Positions 20,252 through 31,666 are shown, counted from the stretch's first letter. The stretch is DNA of 64,000 bases from an uncultured delta proteobacterium (GCA_963753975.1 CAVWEH010000002.1:288001-352000), one strand, 5' to 3'. Numbers and translations are program-made. Notes: generated from the letters alone by a model not told the origin.

Positions 20252-22087
20252 TTACTTCTTAAAAGGTATGGTTAACTTATATATCCCTTCGGATAAAACC
20301 ATGTGTACGGGACATGGTGCTTTTTCATAAACTTTTAACATCGCTTTATTGTTTTCCAGAACATCAGCCATAAATCCGGCAACGCCCTCCTCCCTGGCAA
20401 TTCGAATCAGCAATTCAAATAAATACGATGCGATGCCCTTGCCCTGATAGCTTTCATCGACGATAAATGCTGTATCCGCAAAAGGCTCGTTTTTAGAGCG
20501 GGCATAACGCGCTTCGGCGATAATTTTTTCTACACCTGATTCATCGACAATGGCCACGATTGACATCTGAAACCTGTAATCGATATTGACGTATTCCTGC
20601 ATTTTTTCATGAGGCATTGTCTTAATGGGACTGAAATAACGGTAATAGACAGCTTGATCCGAAAACCGGTAAAATAATCGGCGCATTTCATCTTCATCTG
20701 ATGGTTTGATTGCGCGAAAACGGACATTCAGCCCATTATTAAATTTATGAGAACAGGCTATTTTAGCCGGGTAAAGATGTCCGGAACCGGGGAAATAAAT
20801 CTGATCAGCGTAGATCATCTTTTCTTCCTTGGCCTGCCTGACGAGATCAGCTCTATCGTCGGGATGGGCAATTTCAATCAGTGCTTGCGCCCGTTCCCTC
20901 AGGGTTTTACCCATCAAATACGCGACGCCATATTCTGTAACAACAAGATCCATGGATTCCCGATTCGTAAACTGAAATGGATATTTATCGACGGAAATGA
21001 GAATATTCGCTTGCCCCTTGCGGTTTCGACTGGGAAGGGCAAATATTGTACGACCGTTATTTGACAGGGTGGCTCCCATAAAGAGCTCCTGAACGTTTCC
21101 CGGGCCGGCTGTTACATTTCCCTTGCCGGTATGCAAAGCGATATTTCCAGTCAGATCAACTTTACGCGCCGGGGAAATCGCAATCATGTTATCGTTGAGG
21201 CCGATGGTTCTGGGATCCATCACAATATCCTGCGGCTGAAATTCCACCAGAGAATTTAAATCCAGCCATTTCATCAATTCCTTGGTGCCGATCACATAGG
21301 AAGCGCAAGACTTGCCGCGAAAGATGCCTTTATTGCGGTTGGTGATAGCGCCGCTTTTAACCAGATCCATCAGGGCGTCCGTAAAGAAAGGCGAATGCAC
21401 TCCTAGATTCTTTTTCGTCGCGAGTGTCTTGGCCAGCGCTTCGTAGAGAGGACCGATTCCATAGGAAATGCAACTGCCGTCTTCGATAACCGAAGCGATA
21501 TTGGCGGCGATTTTCAGATAAACCTCTTGCAAAGGCCAGCGTCCGACATAAAACTGTGGTTCTGTCGCCTCGACGAGGTATTGGAAGTCATTCATATTAA
21601 CCAGAGTATCACCCATCGTTCGGGGAATTTGGGAATTGATCTCGCCGACAACTATTTTAGCCATTTCCATGGCTTGCCTTTCCGCAGCCGCGCCCACCAG
21701 ATAAGAATAACCGTTGTCGTCGGGAGACGTCACCTGGATAAAAGCCACATCGATATTGATGACGCCGGTTTTAAATAACCACGGTATCCGCGAAAACCGG
21801 CTGGGAATCAGATCAACACGCCCTTGGCTTATGGCCTCAGAAGCAATCCAGCCAGAGAAAAACGTCTTTAACCGGAATTTCCGTGCGTACCGCTCATCAA
21901 TGGCCACCGCGTCTCCAAGACTCACAAGTTGAATCAGCTCCAGATCCTGCAGATTATACTGATCCGATTCCATCAGATGCTTGACCAGCGTACGCGGTTC
22001 TGCCATGCCGCTGCCCAGGAAGATACTCATACCAGGTTCTATCTTTGAAAGTATTTCTTCCGGGGAAACAACTTTATTTTTCCACAT
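20252..22087 (-). CDS. Acetyl-CoA hydrolase/transferase-like domain fused to a C-terminal GNAT acetyltransferase
   Basis: DVAFIQVTSPD, VDLTG, VVTEYGVAYL.GK.LRERAQALIEIAHPDDR; GNAT RAIKPSDE, VYYRYF, YQGKGIAS, NKAML. Confidence 0.88.
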   Translation of the reverse strand: MWKNKVVSPEEILSKIEPGMSIFLGSGMAEPRTLVKHLMESDQYNLQDLELIQLVSLGDAVAIDERYARKFRLKTFFSGWIASEAISQGRVDLIPSRFSRIPWLFKTGVINIDVAFIQVTSPDDNGYSYLVGAAAERQAMEMAKIVVGEINSQIPRTMGDTLVNMNDFQYLVEATEPQFYVGRWPLQEVYLKIAANIASVIEDGSCISYGIGPLYEALAKTLATKKNLGVHSPFFTDALMDLVKSGAITNRNKGIFRGKSCASYVIGTKELMKWLDLNSLVEFQPQDIVMDPRTIGLNDNMIAISPARKVDLTGNIALHTGKGNVTAGPGNVQELFMGATLSNNGRTIFALPSRNRKGQANILISVDKYPFQFTNRESMDLVVTEYGVAYLMGKTLRERAQALIEIAHPDDRADLVRQAKEEKMIYADQIYFPGSGHLYPAKIACSHKFNNGLNVRFRAIKPSDEDEMRRLFYRFSDQAVYYRYFSPIKTMPHEKMQEYVNIDYRFQMSIVAIVDESGVEKIIAEARYARSKNEPFADTAFIVDESYQGKGIASYLFELLIRIAREEGVAGFMADVLENNKAMLKVYEKAPCPVHMVLSEGIYKLTIPFKK

Positions 22088-22241
22088 ATTTTTCTGCCCG
22101 TTAATTATTTTGCTGCCAAGATTATATCATGAGAGAGCTATATGATGGTATCAAATCTTTTTTTGACATTCGAAAAAATTGTTTGGGGATATTCATGGTC
22201 AATAATCAAACTTACGGCTTAGGGCATAACGTGACGGAAGA

Positions 22242-22571
22242 CTACTTCTCTTCTTCAATCTTGACGACGTTTTCGTACATAGAAAATATCGGAATTCTCC
22301 ATCCGTATTTTTTGATACTTACAATTTTCCCCTTGAGTTTGATGGCATCGTTCTGAATCGTCCCGGAATTGAACTTTAACCGGTATCCGGCATCGTAGTT
22401 CACAAAAGGCCGATACTCCGTCGCGATCATAAACCTTCCATCAACCTTTGTCATTTGCGCGTCGGTTATTCGCGTCATGACCGTGTCGGCAACGAAATAA
22501 CTATACAGTACCAGCAGAATACAAGCAACGACTCCGAGCAATATTATTTTGATCTTCACATCATTCTCCAA
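22242..22571 (-). CDS. Small membrane-anchored hypothetical protein (DUF1523-like)
   Basis: N-terminal TM; N.D....KFNS..IQ and YGWRIPIFSMYENVV resemble DUF1523 motifs. Confidence 0.55.
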   Translation of the reverse strand: MENDVKIKIILLGVVACILLVLYSYFVADTVMTRITDAQMTKVDGRFMIATEYRPFVNYDAGYRLKFNSGTIQNDAIKLKGKIVSIKKYGWRIPIFSMYENVVKIEEEK

Positions 22572-23092
22572 GCATCATAGTATTTGATACTTTTCTGATA
22601 ACAACTCATTTTTATTAAATAGAATAATAATATGGAAGTTTTTACGCGTCAATAAAATAATAACCACAAGATACGGAATTATGTTTAATCCCGGTATTTT
22701 TTATGACTAATATTATATTTAAAAAAGGGTGTTTAAAAAATTATGTGTATTTTTTTAAAAATACAATAAAGTGTTTCACCTACTACTGTTCAGTGGTCGG
22801 TAGTTGTCAGAATTAATGAGGCAAGATAATCCTGATGGAAAATGTTTTTTGCAGCAATCGCTGGCTGGAACCGGGGCAATACCGTCTGCAAGAAGTTTTT
22901 GCGGATATCCGCTCCCACGGTATTTTGTATACGATATGAGAACAGTGCGACTCAAAAATGTATTTTTAAAGACGCATTTCCTCATTTATATAAAAGTGAA
23001 ATTTTCATATAAATCTCCTTAACAACCTATACAGAGTCACTTATAATTCTGAAATAAAAATTATAATGATTAAGTTGTGGATGCAAGGTCAT

Positions 23093-23689
23093 TTAACGAG
23101 CGACTCCGTCTTGTTTAATTACCTTGGGAATAGTATTCCATAATATTTTCATATCCAAAATGAATGATTTGTTTTTCAGATAATATTCGTCATATGAAAC
23201 TTTAATAGAAATAGAAAGATCGTCTCTACCGTTAATTTGCGCCCATCCGGTTATGCCGGGCAAAAGCTCTGATATTTGCCTTTCCGTTCTTAATTTAATT
23301 AAATCATTTTGATTAAACAGAGCCGGTCGGGGCCCGACAAGACTCATATCGCCTTTGAGTACACTCCATAACTGGGGCAACTCGTCAAAACTTGTTTCAC
23401 GCAAGAATAATCCTACTGGTGTCAGATAAATATTTACATCTTCAAAAAGATGAGTCGCTACATCCGGGGCTCCAATATGCATGGTCCGAAATTTAGGCAT
23501 GGAAAATATTTGATTGTTTTTGCCCACTCGATGCGACCAATGTATGACAGGGCCAGGTGAAGTTAGCTTTACGGAAACGGCAATAATAATGAGGGGCAAA
23601 GCCATTAGGGCTGTTAAAATTAAAGCCGCTGTAAAGTCAAAAAAACGCTTTAAAAATTCAAAATCTCTGGACTTTTTCAAAACTTTCAT
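23093..23689 (-). CDS. Bacterial sugar transferase (initiating undecaprenyl-phosphate glycosyl-1-P transferase)
   Basis: KRFFD, KFRTM, DELPQL, GDMSLVGPRP, PGITGWAQINGR. Confidence 0.92.
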   Translation of the reverse strand: MKVLKKSRDFEFLKRFFDFTAALILTALMALPLIIIAVSVKLTSPGPVIHWSHRVGKNNQIFSMPKFRTMHIGAPDVATHLFEDVNIYLTPVGLFLRETSFDELPQLWSVLKGDMSLVGPRPALFNQNDLIKLRTERQISELLPGITGWAQINGRDDLSISIKVSYDEYYLKNKSFILDMKILWNTIPKVIKQDGVAR

Positions 23690-23985
23690 CTATTTTATTT
23701 TGCACCATAATTGACCGGTGATTTTTTTTAAGGCAATTGAAGTTTTATAAAGTTCTTCCGATTACAGCATGTATTTGACGATAGGATTTCCCCTGGCTCA
23801 TTTGTCCTGATCTTGGTTTGACTTGAGTACGCTGCTCACTCTTCTTAAAGCTCCGCTCTCTCAGTTACATGAATCAAAAAGATGTAAGCTCGTAAAAAAT
23901 AATATTTAAGCACCCGGTGACGACTATACCGGATAGGAGGGTATTAGATGTGCTATAAGATTTATCAACCAAATTTTTATACTTA

Positions 23986-24057
23986 TCAGGGAAGCAAGCA
24001 ATCCCCGATTAAGCTGGTCGCACCGATAACACCTACCCGTCCTTTACAATCGCTTAT
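23986..24057 (-). pseudogene. Stub of an NAD-dependent epimerase/dehydratase gene
   Basis: Frame overlapping the GT2 stop reads ISDCKGRVGVIGATSLIGDCLLP* (Rossmann GxxxxxG start); ATA in place of a start codon, early stop. Confidence 0.5.
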
Positions 24058-24964
24058 GCTTCAACCATTGTTTTATATACTTTAAGTTATAGTAAACGAC
24101 AACAGCGCCAAATCGTAACCAAACACCAAATCCAACAATCCAAAATAATACACCCGGATACTGACGGCGAAAAAATTTGCCGTAGAAACGCATCATTCCC
24201 TTGTGTTTGTGCCATTGAACAAAAACGGGGCAGGACATACTGCACATCCCTTGATGATGAACCATGCGGGCATCGGGTACAAACATGATTTTCCAGCCCC
24301 TCTGGCGAAAACGGATACACCAATCGAGATCTTCACAGTGTAGGGAATAACCCTCGTCCAGGGGGCCAACATCCAATAGCGCATCGCGCCTCACCAGCAT
24401 GCAGGCACCGGAAATTGCCTCCACATCGATGGGACAATCCGGCGCAGCTTTTTTATACAAATTAAAATCGGCAAACAGCCGTGGCCAGCGGCCTGAAAAG
24501 CGGTACAAACTAAAAGCGCGAACAAAGGAACGCCATGGGGTTGGTATCATACGGCGGCACCCTCTCTGCTCGGTGCCATCCGGGGTGATCAACATGCCTC
24601 CCACCATGCCTGCTCTGGAATCAACCTCTAACACCTGAACCATACGTTGCAAAGAATCTGCGCCCAATAAACAATCGGGGTTCAGGAATAAAATATAAGA
24701 TTCTGTAGCCGCGCTTATCCCAATATTGCAGCCGGCAGCGAAGCCCCGGTTACTCTCCAGGCAAATCACGCATAACCGATCTTCTGAAGGGAAACTAGCC
24801 TCCAATTCTTTTAGGCTTAAATCTGAAGATGCGTTATCAACAACGATAACTTGCCGGGCTTGCTCCAAACAGGAGTGCACACATGCAGTCAATAATGCGC
24901 TACAGTTATAGTTGACAATTACAATGGAAACAGCCTCTTGGACAGAAGAACTACTCAAAGCCAT
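24044..24964 (-). CDS. Glycosyltransferase family 2 (rhamnosyltransferase-like)
   Basis: IVIVNYN, VVDNAS, NRGFAAGCN, LNPD, SGACML, EDLDWC. Confidence 0.9.
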   Translation of the reverse strand: MALSSSSVQEAVSIVIVNYNCSALLTACVHSCLEQARQVIVVDNASSDLSLKELEASFPSEDRLCVICLESNRGFAAGCNIGISAATESYILFLNPDCLLGADSLQRMVQVLEVDSRAGMVGGMLITPDGTEQRGCRRMIPTPWRSFVRAFSLYRFSGRWPRLFADFNLYKKAAPDCPIDVEAISGACMLVRRDALLDVGPLDEGYSLHCEDLDWCIRFRQRGWKIMFVPDARMVHHQGMCSMSCPVFVQWHKHKGMMRFYGKFFRRQYPGVLFWIVGFGVWLRFGAVVVYYNLKYIKQWLKHKRL

Positions 24965-25812
24965 TTGACACCTTCAAGGTGACATTAAACTAGAAAGCCG
25001 CTTTACATAAATCACTATTATAGATTCATGCTTGGCGGCTCAGCGATCGCTACTGAAGCTTACACCCGTTGCTTTCCGTTCCCTTTTGAAACGGGATGGC
25101 TTTTTCAGGCAAAATGCATTTGCTCTAGCTCTAACAGCGTTCCAAGCAACGTTCTGTTTTCTGGATTTTTCCAATAATAAGAGATGGCATCTTTTATAAA
25201 ACCCGAACTCCATAGTCAAGTAAATAATCACCAATATTTTATGTGCAAATGGCAGCAAATAACCATCACCAAAGGAGGTAAATTGTGTTTATTACGGAGG
25301 GAGATCCTGCATTTTCGCCGCGTTTAATGATTTGTGGACTTCAGTCAAATAAGGATGAGCATTTACAGGAAGAATGTCGGATTCTTCACAAACGAAAAAT
25401 CGGCTGTCACGCATTTGCACATTTCATCTAGTATTCAGTAAAATGCTTCGGAGATCCGACCTGCACCTTTGTTTTGAAGCCTTAAACGCCTATAAAAAGG
25501 TCCCTTCTAACACTTACAGGCAGATATGCCGCCATTATCTAACCATTTAAAATCGTTATTTTTCCACTGAAAATCGCGTTATTACATAAATGTATGTAAA
25601 AAATTCGTTTTCTTCCACTGAACTTATATTTTTATTGTTTATAAACATCAGATAATTTTGGCAACTTGGTCATTTCACATTTTTTATACTTCAGTTTTTC
25701 TGACTTACCATAGAAAACAATCAAATTACCTATGCAAAACGGGACAAAATCACTCGGGCTCAGACAACGACATATTACAACTGAATACTCTTGACTCCCA
25801 ATCCTCACCATA

Positions 25813-26961
25813 TTAATGCTGATAATGAACCGACTCAAGAAATCGGTGCACTGTTTCGGACGCTTCATCCCATGAAGTCGGAAACATACTCATCCGCACT
25901 TGTCCTGCATGGATCATTTCACGACGGAGATGTGCATTGCTTTTTAATTTTTCGATCTGTTCTACCCATGCCTGTACGTCTGTCGCGCCGACGTATAAAG
26001 CAGCAGGGCCGCAGAGATCATGCGCATAGAGAAGATCGGCAATTATTTGCGGCCGCCCCCACTGCATGGCTTCTAAGTGAGCGGAGCTGAGAGATTCCAG
26101 AACGCTTGGCATCAAACAGGCATGACATGCCGCATACAAGGATCTTAAGTATGATTTAGCCACCCAGCCAACGGGCACGATGTAACCCTTTTCGATGAGG
26201 CTGACTGTCTCCGGCCACCCGGCATCTAGGATTTCCTCCGGTTTGACAGTGAGAATGACTCTGACTCGGACATTCCTTCGCGCCAGTTCCGAAAATGCCC
26301 TGATCAAAGTGACATGATTCTTATGCGGCATATAGGTGGACACGTAGAGGAACGTAAACGTGCTGCGTCCCAAGCCCCTTTCAAGAGCACTTTGCAGAAA
26401 TGACGGCAATGGTTCTGGTCGAACATCCATCTCCCTTTCAACGGCCTTTGGGGCGACGCAGATTTCTTGAGGAGCACCCTGGATACGACGGACGTAGTCT
26501 CCCATGAGCTGTGTCTCCACGACCACGGCGTCGTAAATCCGAAGAGAACGGCGAAAGAACCATCGGAGCAGGGCAACGTGCAAAGTGCTGCCGGGGTGGT
26601 AGCGCGAGTCCTCCCAAGGACAGACCTGATAGGCGTTAGTCATGCTGAGCACGGAAGGAATACCTGTCTTGACGTACGAACCTAGGTTCATGGACCAAAG
26701 GATATCCGCCCTTGTCTCACGCACAATCCTAGGCAAGAAAAAAACGCTAAGCAGCAACCGGTCTATTTCCTGCCAACCAGTTAAGCGAAACCTTCGAATC
26801 CGAATGTTCGGCACATCTTCCAGCTCGTCGAAGTGGACTAACGGCGAGGTGACGATCTGGATTTCATCTTCGGGATGGCTAAGAGCCATGGTACGCAGAA
26901 GGATAATTATGTTAGCGAGTCCACCGCCTCCCCCCATGTAATAGTGGAAAATGATTCTCAT
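25813..26961 (-). CDS. Glycosyltransferase family 4 (GT-B)
   Basis: GGGG loop, HKNH, PSVLESLSSAHLEAM (Ex7E). Confidence 0.85.
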   Translation of the reverse strand: MRIIFHYYMGGGGGLANIIILLRTMALSHPEDEIQIVTSPLVHFDELEDVPNIRIRRFRLTGWQEIDRLLLSVFFLPRIVRETRADILWSMNLGSYVKTGIPSVLSMTNAYQVCPWEDSRYHPGSTLHVALLRWFFRRSLRIYDAVVVETQLMGDYVRRIQGAPQEICVAPKAVEREMDVRPEPLPSFLQSALERGLGRSTFTFLYVSTYMPHKNHVTLIRAFSELARRNVRVRVILTVKPEEILDAGWPETVSLIEKGYIVPVGWVAKSYLRSLYAACHACLMPSVLESLSSAHLEAMQWGRPQIIADLLYAHDLCGPAALYVGATDVQAWVEQIEKLKSNAHLRREMIHAGQVRMSMFPTSWDEASETVHRFLESVHYQH

Positions 26962-27144
26962 ACTAATCGACCTTTGTAGCTGTTGGCTTAAACGACTATG
27001 GAGGAAGCGAAGGAAAGAACATTAGCGGCAGACTGGAGGACCATTTCCGCAAAACTTTTCGCTCGCCTTTATTTACCAAATCAGCAAACATCAAACACTC
27101 GGCATATTTTATGCAAAATATTTGTCGGATTCAAACTTCTGAAC

Positions 27145-28215
27145 TCATATAAATTCCTTATACACTCTTTCATAATTTTTGGCCATTGAGGCTATAGACC
27201 ATTTCTCGGTTTTCTGCTTTGCGATCAAAGCACGCCCTTTGGAAGCATCTGCATTACTCAATACCTGCAAAATGGCGTCGGCTGTCTGCCGCACATTGGA
27301 TGGATCCACAAAGAGCGCACTACTCTCATCAAGAATCTCCCTGTGCGCGGGGATATTAGAGAGCACGAGCGGGCAACCGCACCCCATGGCTTCCATGACC
27401 GTATTCGGATGTCCTTCATGCGCACTGAGCGAAACAAAAACCGATGCTTTTTTCATAAGTGCCCAAACTGAAGCGGCCGGTAAATGACCCGTAAACTGAA
27501 TATAAGCGTCCAGCCCCAGTTCATGTCTCAATACCTCTAGTTCTGAGTGACAAGGCCCATCCCCACACAAAACACCTAACACGTCTTGTTGTTGCCTGAC
27601 GCACGCCAGTGCTTCTAAAAAGGCTTTCTGTCTTTTGTGCACTTCCATCCGACCAACATAAAGCACAATGGGCGCTTCCGATTTTGAGAATCCAGGCGGC
27701 ACAGCTGCCTCAATCCTGCCTATTTCATGCATAGGCAATCCGTTTGGTACGATATGACGACAACTGTATGGTAGCTGCGCTTCCCAATATTCGTCACCAC
27801 CTGAAGAATTCACTACAATAGCACTGGCACAAGAACCTACTTGAACCCGCAAACGGCATTTCCATGTCGGCAGATAGGCCTGGGCCTGAGTCGATTCACG
27901 AAGTATCCAAGGGACTCCATTAAGTCTTGCAGCTATTCCACCCAGAACATCCATTTGCAAAATCCATGTATGAATGATGTCCGGCCTGATTCTCCGGATA
28001 AGACGGGCGAGTTGCCAAAGCAAATATGGATCGTAATTGGATCGGGAGTTGAGCTGGTGAAGAACTACACCGGGCAATTCAGGTCGCTGCGGCCCATCTG
28101 TGGAATACGCAACATGTACTTCATGGCCCATACGAACCAACTCGGGTGCCAGATAACTAAGCTGTCGCTCTGCCCCGCCGCCACTTAGGCTAGGTATGAG
28201 GTGTAGTATACGCAT
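27145..28215 (-). CDS. Glycosyltransferase family 4 (GT-B)
   Basis: MRILHLIPSLSGGGAERQ (start moved to ATG 28215), VPNG, EGHPNTVMEAM. Confidence 0.9.
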   Translation of the reverse strand: MRILHLIPSLSGGGAERQLSYLAPELVRMGHEVHVAYSTDGPQRPELPGVVLHQLNSRSNYDPYLLWQLARLIRRIRPDIIHTWILQMDVLGGIAARLNGVPWILRESTQAQAYLPTWKCRLRVQVGSCASAIVVNSSGGDEYWEAQLPYSCRHIVPNGLPMHEIGRIEAAVPPGFSKSEAPIVLYVGRMEVHKRQKAFLEALACVRQQQDVLGVLCGDGPCHSELEVLRHELGLDAYIQFTGHLPAASVWALMKKASVFVSLSAHEGHPNTVMEAMGCGCPLVLSNIPAHREILDESSALFVDPSNVRQTADAILQVLSNADASKGRALIAKQKTEKWSIASMAKNYERVYKEFI

Positions 28216-28406
28216 ATTCAATCTATAAACTCCCGCAACCACATCACGCGCATCAGCCGTCATGAATGTCCGCACGCAAAGGCACCTAATAATATTGCTA
28301 GAAAAACTACTGGAATCTTTCTATTCCGGATACGCATCGCGCACCTTTTGAATTATGTGAAATTTGGGTGACACTAATAATTGTTACACCACTAATTCAT
28401 TCTCAT

Positions 28407-29336
28407 CTACAACAGACGCGATCGGAAATACTTCAACCAAGCAAGCGGTTTTGCACCAAGAAGACCAAATAGCAAGATAATCCAGTACCTGAGAGATAAA
28501 GAATTACTTCTCAAGGAAGAAAAAGAATATTTGATGCCTTTTAACTTATTACCGCTAAGAAAACATAATGTTGCCAAACCCGAAACCTGGTTGCTGTATA
28601 TATGCGGCGCATGCAACTTAAGCGCTTCCCCGTGATTCTTCAGGATGAGTTCCCAACTTAATGCTTGATCTCTGGCATCTTGTATTGAACGGGCGATATT
28701 TGGTTTGGTAAGCTGGTTTTCTGCGTCATGATGATAAATGTGCACTACATCAGGAAAAGACCAGGCATTGAATTGTTTCATGAAGTCCAGATGATATGGC
28801 ATCTCTAATGTTCTACCATCATAGTATCTGACTTTTGCTAATGCAGCACGCTTTACGACTTGAAATAAATGAGAGCGCAGTCCAAAGCCCGCTTCCATCT
28901 CCTTAATATATTTAATGTAGTCCCAAAACTCGTTTTTCAGAGGCGGATCGGGAGAAATTTCTCCCGTATCCATTTGCTGCATAAACTGCAGGCGAGATAT
29001 TTTCTCATCAACTTCATTGCTTCGTCTTGCAATTAAGGATAATGCTCCAGGAAGTAATTCGTCGTCGCTATCAAAACAAAGGACCCATTCACCAATTGCT
29101 TCGTCCACACCAGTATTTCTTGCTGGTCCAACGCCTCGATTTACCTTATGGCAAATAAGTTTGATTCGAGGGTCTGCGTATTTTTTTACCACATTTACAG
29201 ATTTGTCAGTTGAACCATCATCAACAACAATGATTTCATAATTCTCAAAGTCCTGATTAAGACAACTATTGATAGCACGGTCAATAAAACGCTCGCGGTT
29301 ATACATTGGTATAATTATACTGAAGTATGGCAACAC
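28407..29336 (-). CDS. Glycosyltransferase family 2
   Basis: SIIIPMYN, VDDGSTD, ARNTG, DSDD. Confidence 0.9.
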   Translation of the reverse strand: MLPYFSIIIPMYNRERFIDRAINSCLNQDFENYEIIVVDDGSTDKSVNVVKKYADPRIKLICHKVNRGVGPARNTGVDEAIGEWVLCFDSDDELLPGALSLIARRSNEVDEKISRLQFMQQMDTGEISPDPPLKNEFWDYIKYIKEMEAGFGLRSHLFQVVKRAALAKVRYYDGRTLEMPYHLDFMKQFNAWSFPDVVHIYHHDAENQLTKPNIARSIQDARDQALSWELILKNHGEALKLHAPHIYSNQVSGLATLCFLSGNKLKGIKYSFSSLRSNSLSLRYWIILLFGLLGAKPLAWLKYFRSRLL

Positions 29337-29698
29337 ATTATCTCCTTAATTTTAATCATAAAATAGCGATTTTGCTGCATGCGCTTCCAATATTTTATTC
29401 TCCTTTCTGTACAACCTAGAAGTAAATCTTTTGGGTTTAAATGAAGAAGGCAGTTGCAGCGCATCACGAGTCTTGCATTTACTAAAGTATTTTTGATAAG
29501 ATATCACTTTGCTTGATTGAATTGTAGGAAATTTGGTCTTTCACGTCAAGGCAATCTTGTTCACAAAGGTGGGGTGCAGTGTCGATGTTTATCATCGTGT
29601 ATAAATAGTGTTTATTACAGATTGAAATGTTGTGTGTATTGGGAAAATCAGAAAAACCATTAACGCACGTTTCAAATTCATTACTAGGGAAAACACTT

Positions 29699-30643
29699 AT
29701 GAACTATCTTGTAACAGGCGGGGCCGGTTTCATCGGCTCTAACATTGTTGAGGAACTTGTACATCGTGGAGAAAAAGTTCGAGTTCTTGATAATTTTTCT
29801 ACCGGGAAACGCCATAACATTGAACCTTTCCTTAGCTCCATTGAATTAATCGAAGGCGATGTCCTCAGTTACCATATAGTGAGAGAAGCGGCAGAAGGCA
29901 TTGACTTTATTTTACACGAAGCGGCGCTGTCATCGGTACCACTATCAATACGTGATCCAATCACAACAAACGAAGTAAATGTTGTCGGAACACTCAACGT
30001 TCTTTGTGCCGCCAAGGACGCAAAAGTTCGGCGCGTCGTATTCGCCTCTTCTTCATCAATTTACGGAGAAACACCGGAATTACCTAACCATGAAGGAATG
30101 ATACCTGCTCCATTATCGCCATACGCTGTTTCAAAACTAGCAGCAGAAAGACATTGTTCTGTTTTTACTAAAGTCCATGGACTGGGAACAGTCGCGTTAC
30201 GTTATTTCAATGTCTTCGGTCCAAAGCAAGACTCTACATCGCAATATTCGGCAGTTATACCAAAATTCATTACGGCAATCTTGCACAATCGTAAACCATT
30301 AATTTACGGTGATGGTGAACAGAGCAGGGATTTTACCTTTGTTTCCAATGTGGTTAATGCTAACATTCTCGCGGCAACCACGACGGGCATAGATGGTGTT
30401 GTTATTAATTGTGGTTGTCATGAACAAATTACTATAAATTACCTTGTACAAAAGATTAATGATATTGTAGGCAAAAATATATCGACTGAATACACAAAAC
30501 CACAACCGGGAGACATCAAGCATTCCTTTGCCGCAATCGAAGCCGCAAAACGATATTTGAGATATAAGCCTCTTGTGCAATTTGACGAAGGATTACGCAT
30601 GACTATTGATTGGTATAAAAGAGAATCAAATATTAAGTTCTAA
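29699..30643 (+). CDS. NAD-dependent nucleotide-sugar epimerase (WbpP/UDP-GlcNAc 4-epimerase-like)
   Basis: MNYLVTGGAGFIGS (ATG 29699), ASSSSIYG, YAVSK, RYFNVFGP. Confidence 0.92.
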   Translation: MNYLVTGGAGFIGSNIVEELVHRGEKVRVLDNFSTGKRHNIEPFLSSIELIEGDVLSYHIVREAAEGIDFILHEAALSSVPLSIRDPITTNEVNVVGTLNVLCAAKDAKVRRVVFASSSSIYGETPELPNHEGMIPAPLSPYAVSKLAAERHCSVFTKVHGLGTVALRYFNVFGPKQDSTSQYSAVIPKFITAILHNRKPLIYGDGEQSRDFTFVSNVVNANILAATTTGIDGVVINCGCHEQITINYLVQKINDIVGKNISTEYTKPQPGDIKHSFAAIEAAKRYLRYKPLVQFDEGLRMTIDWYKRESNIKF

Positions 30644-30682
30644 TAAATCTAAAATATTTTTGTTTATAGTACCTCATGAAGT

Positions 30683-31666
30683 CTATCTATTTCTGCCATC
30701 GACAACAGCCATCCACTTGCTTCCTATTTTATGTAAATCTACATTATGCATTCCTGCCGCGTTCCATCCGTGACCTGTCATATTTGCAACCGGCCTCTCT
30801 ACGAGCTTTTCTCTATATGATTTTTTAGATAGTTCAGTTATTTCAAAAGCAAATACCCGAGTACCGTAGCTCGAATGATCGTCCTGTGCAAAACGGTATA
30901 GCCTGTCATTGTAAACAATAACTCTTCCGCCCGGCCTGGCGATCCTATTGTCGAATTTGACTATGGGATTCATTGGATGAGGTTTCCATTCACCCAACAG
31001 ATCACTGGCATAATAAAGATTTAATGTATCACATTCATTCGTAGCAACGAATAACCACCACTTTTTATTATACTGAAATATAGAAGGGTCCTTAAAATTA
31101 TATCCCGATAGTAAATTGCCGACGTATACCCATTTTGCAGGGAAGGACACCGCCTTGTATAATCTGACTGACAAATCCTGACCGCTTTCCGGGATGATGT
31201 AATAATCACCTTTATATTCAAAAACGTAAGGATATGACAAATGAAATGATTCGCTAATTACGATTTTCTTGTATTTCCAATTCTTGCCATCTGTGCTTTC
31301 CGCATAGCCAATATCACCTTGTCTTGTTTCTCTGTTCATCACTTCAAAAAAGACAGTATATTTATTTTGTGTGAACACCAGAAAAGGATCGGCTACATAC
31401 ATCGCGTCCACATCAACAACATCCCTTCCTGTTAAAATGGGATTGGCAATATCAGCTGGAGCAACTAAATCGAATGGACAGGAACCCTTATACACACCAA
31501 TAGAGAAAGGCCCATAAGTCTTATAAGGTATTATGTGCATCATATAACGGTATGCAGTCTCAATATATCTAAAAGGAAATACTTTATATCTTTGAATATA
31601 AAAACCATAAACGACGCCCATCAATATCATTATCAATATGATTAAACATATTAAAAATATTTTCAT
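30683..31666 (-). CDS. Five-bladed beta-propeller protein (GINT1 N-terminal-like/glycoside hydrolase clan)
   Basis: N-terminal TM; ADPFL, HLSYPYVF, IIPES, HPMNPI, ARPGG, AQD, MHN. Confidence 0.7.
   Translation of the reverse strand: MKIFLICLIILIMILMGVVYGFYIQRYKVFPFRYIETAYRYMMHIIPYKTYGPFSIGVYKGSCPFDLVAPADIANPILTGRDVVDVDAMYVADPFLVFTQNKYTVFFEVMNRETRQGDIGYAESTDGKNWKYKKIVISESFHLSYPYVFEYKGDYYIIPESGQDLSVRLYKAVSFPAKWVYVGNLLSGYNFKDPSIFQYNKKWWLFVATNECDTLNLYYASDLLGEWKPHPMNPIVKFDNRIARPGGRVIVYNDRLYRFAQDDHSSYGTRVFAFEITELSKKSYREKLVERPVANMTGHGWNAAGMHNVDLHKIGSKWMAVVDGRNR

Noticed and set aside
22776..23022. Short overlapping ORFs in the island gap
   Set aside because: No recognisable motif in the frames I read
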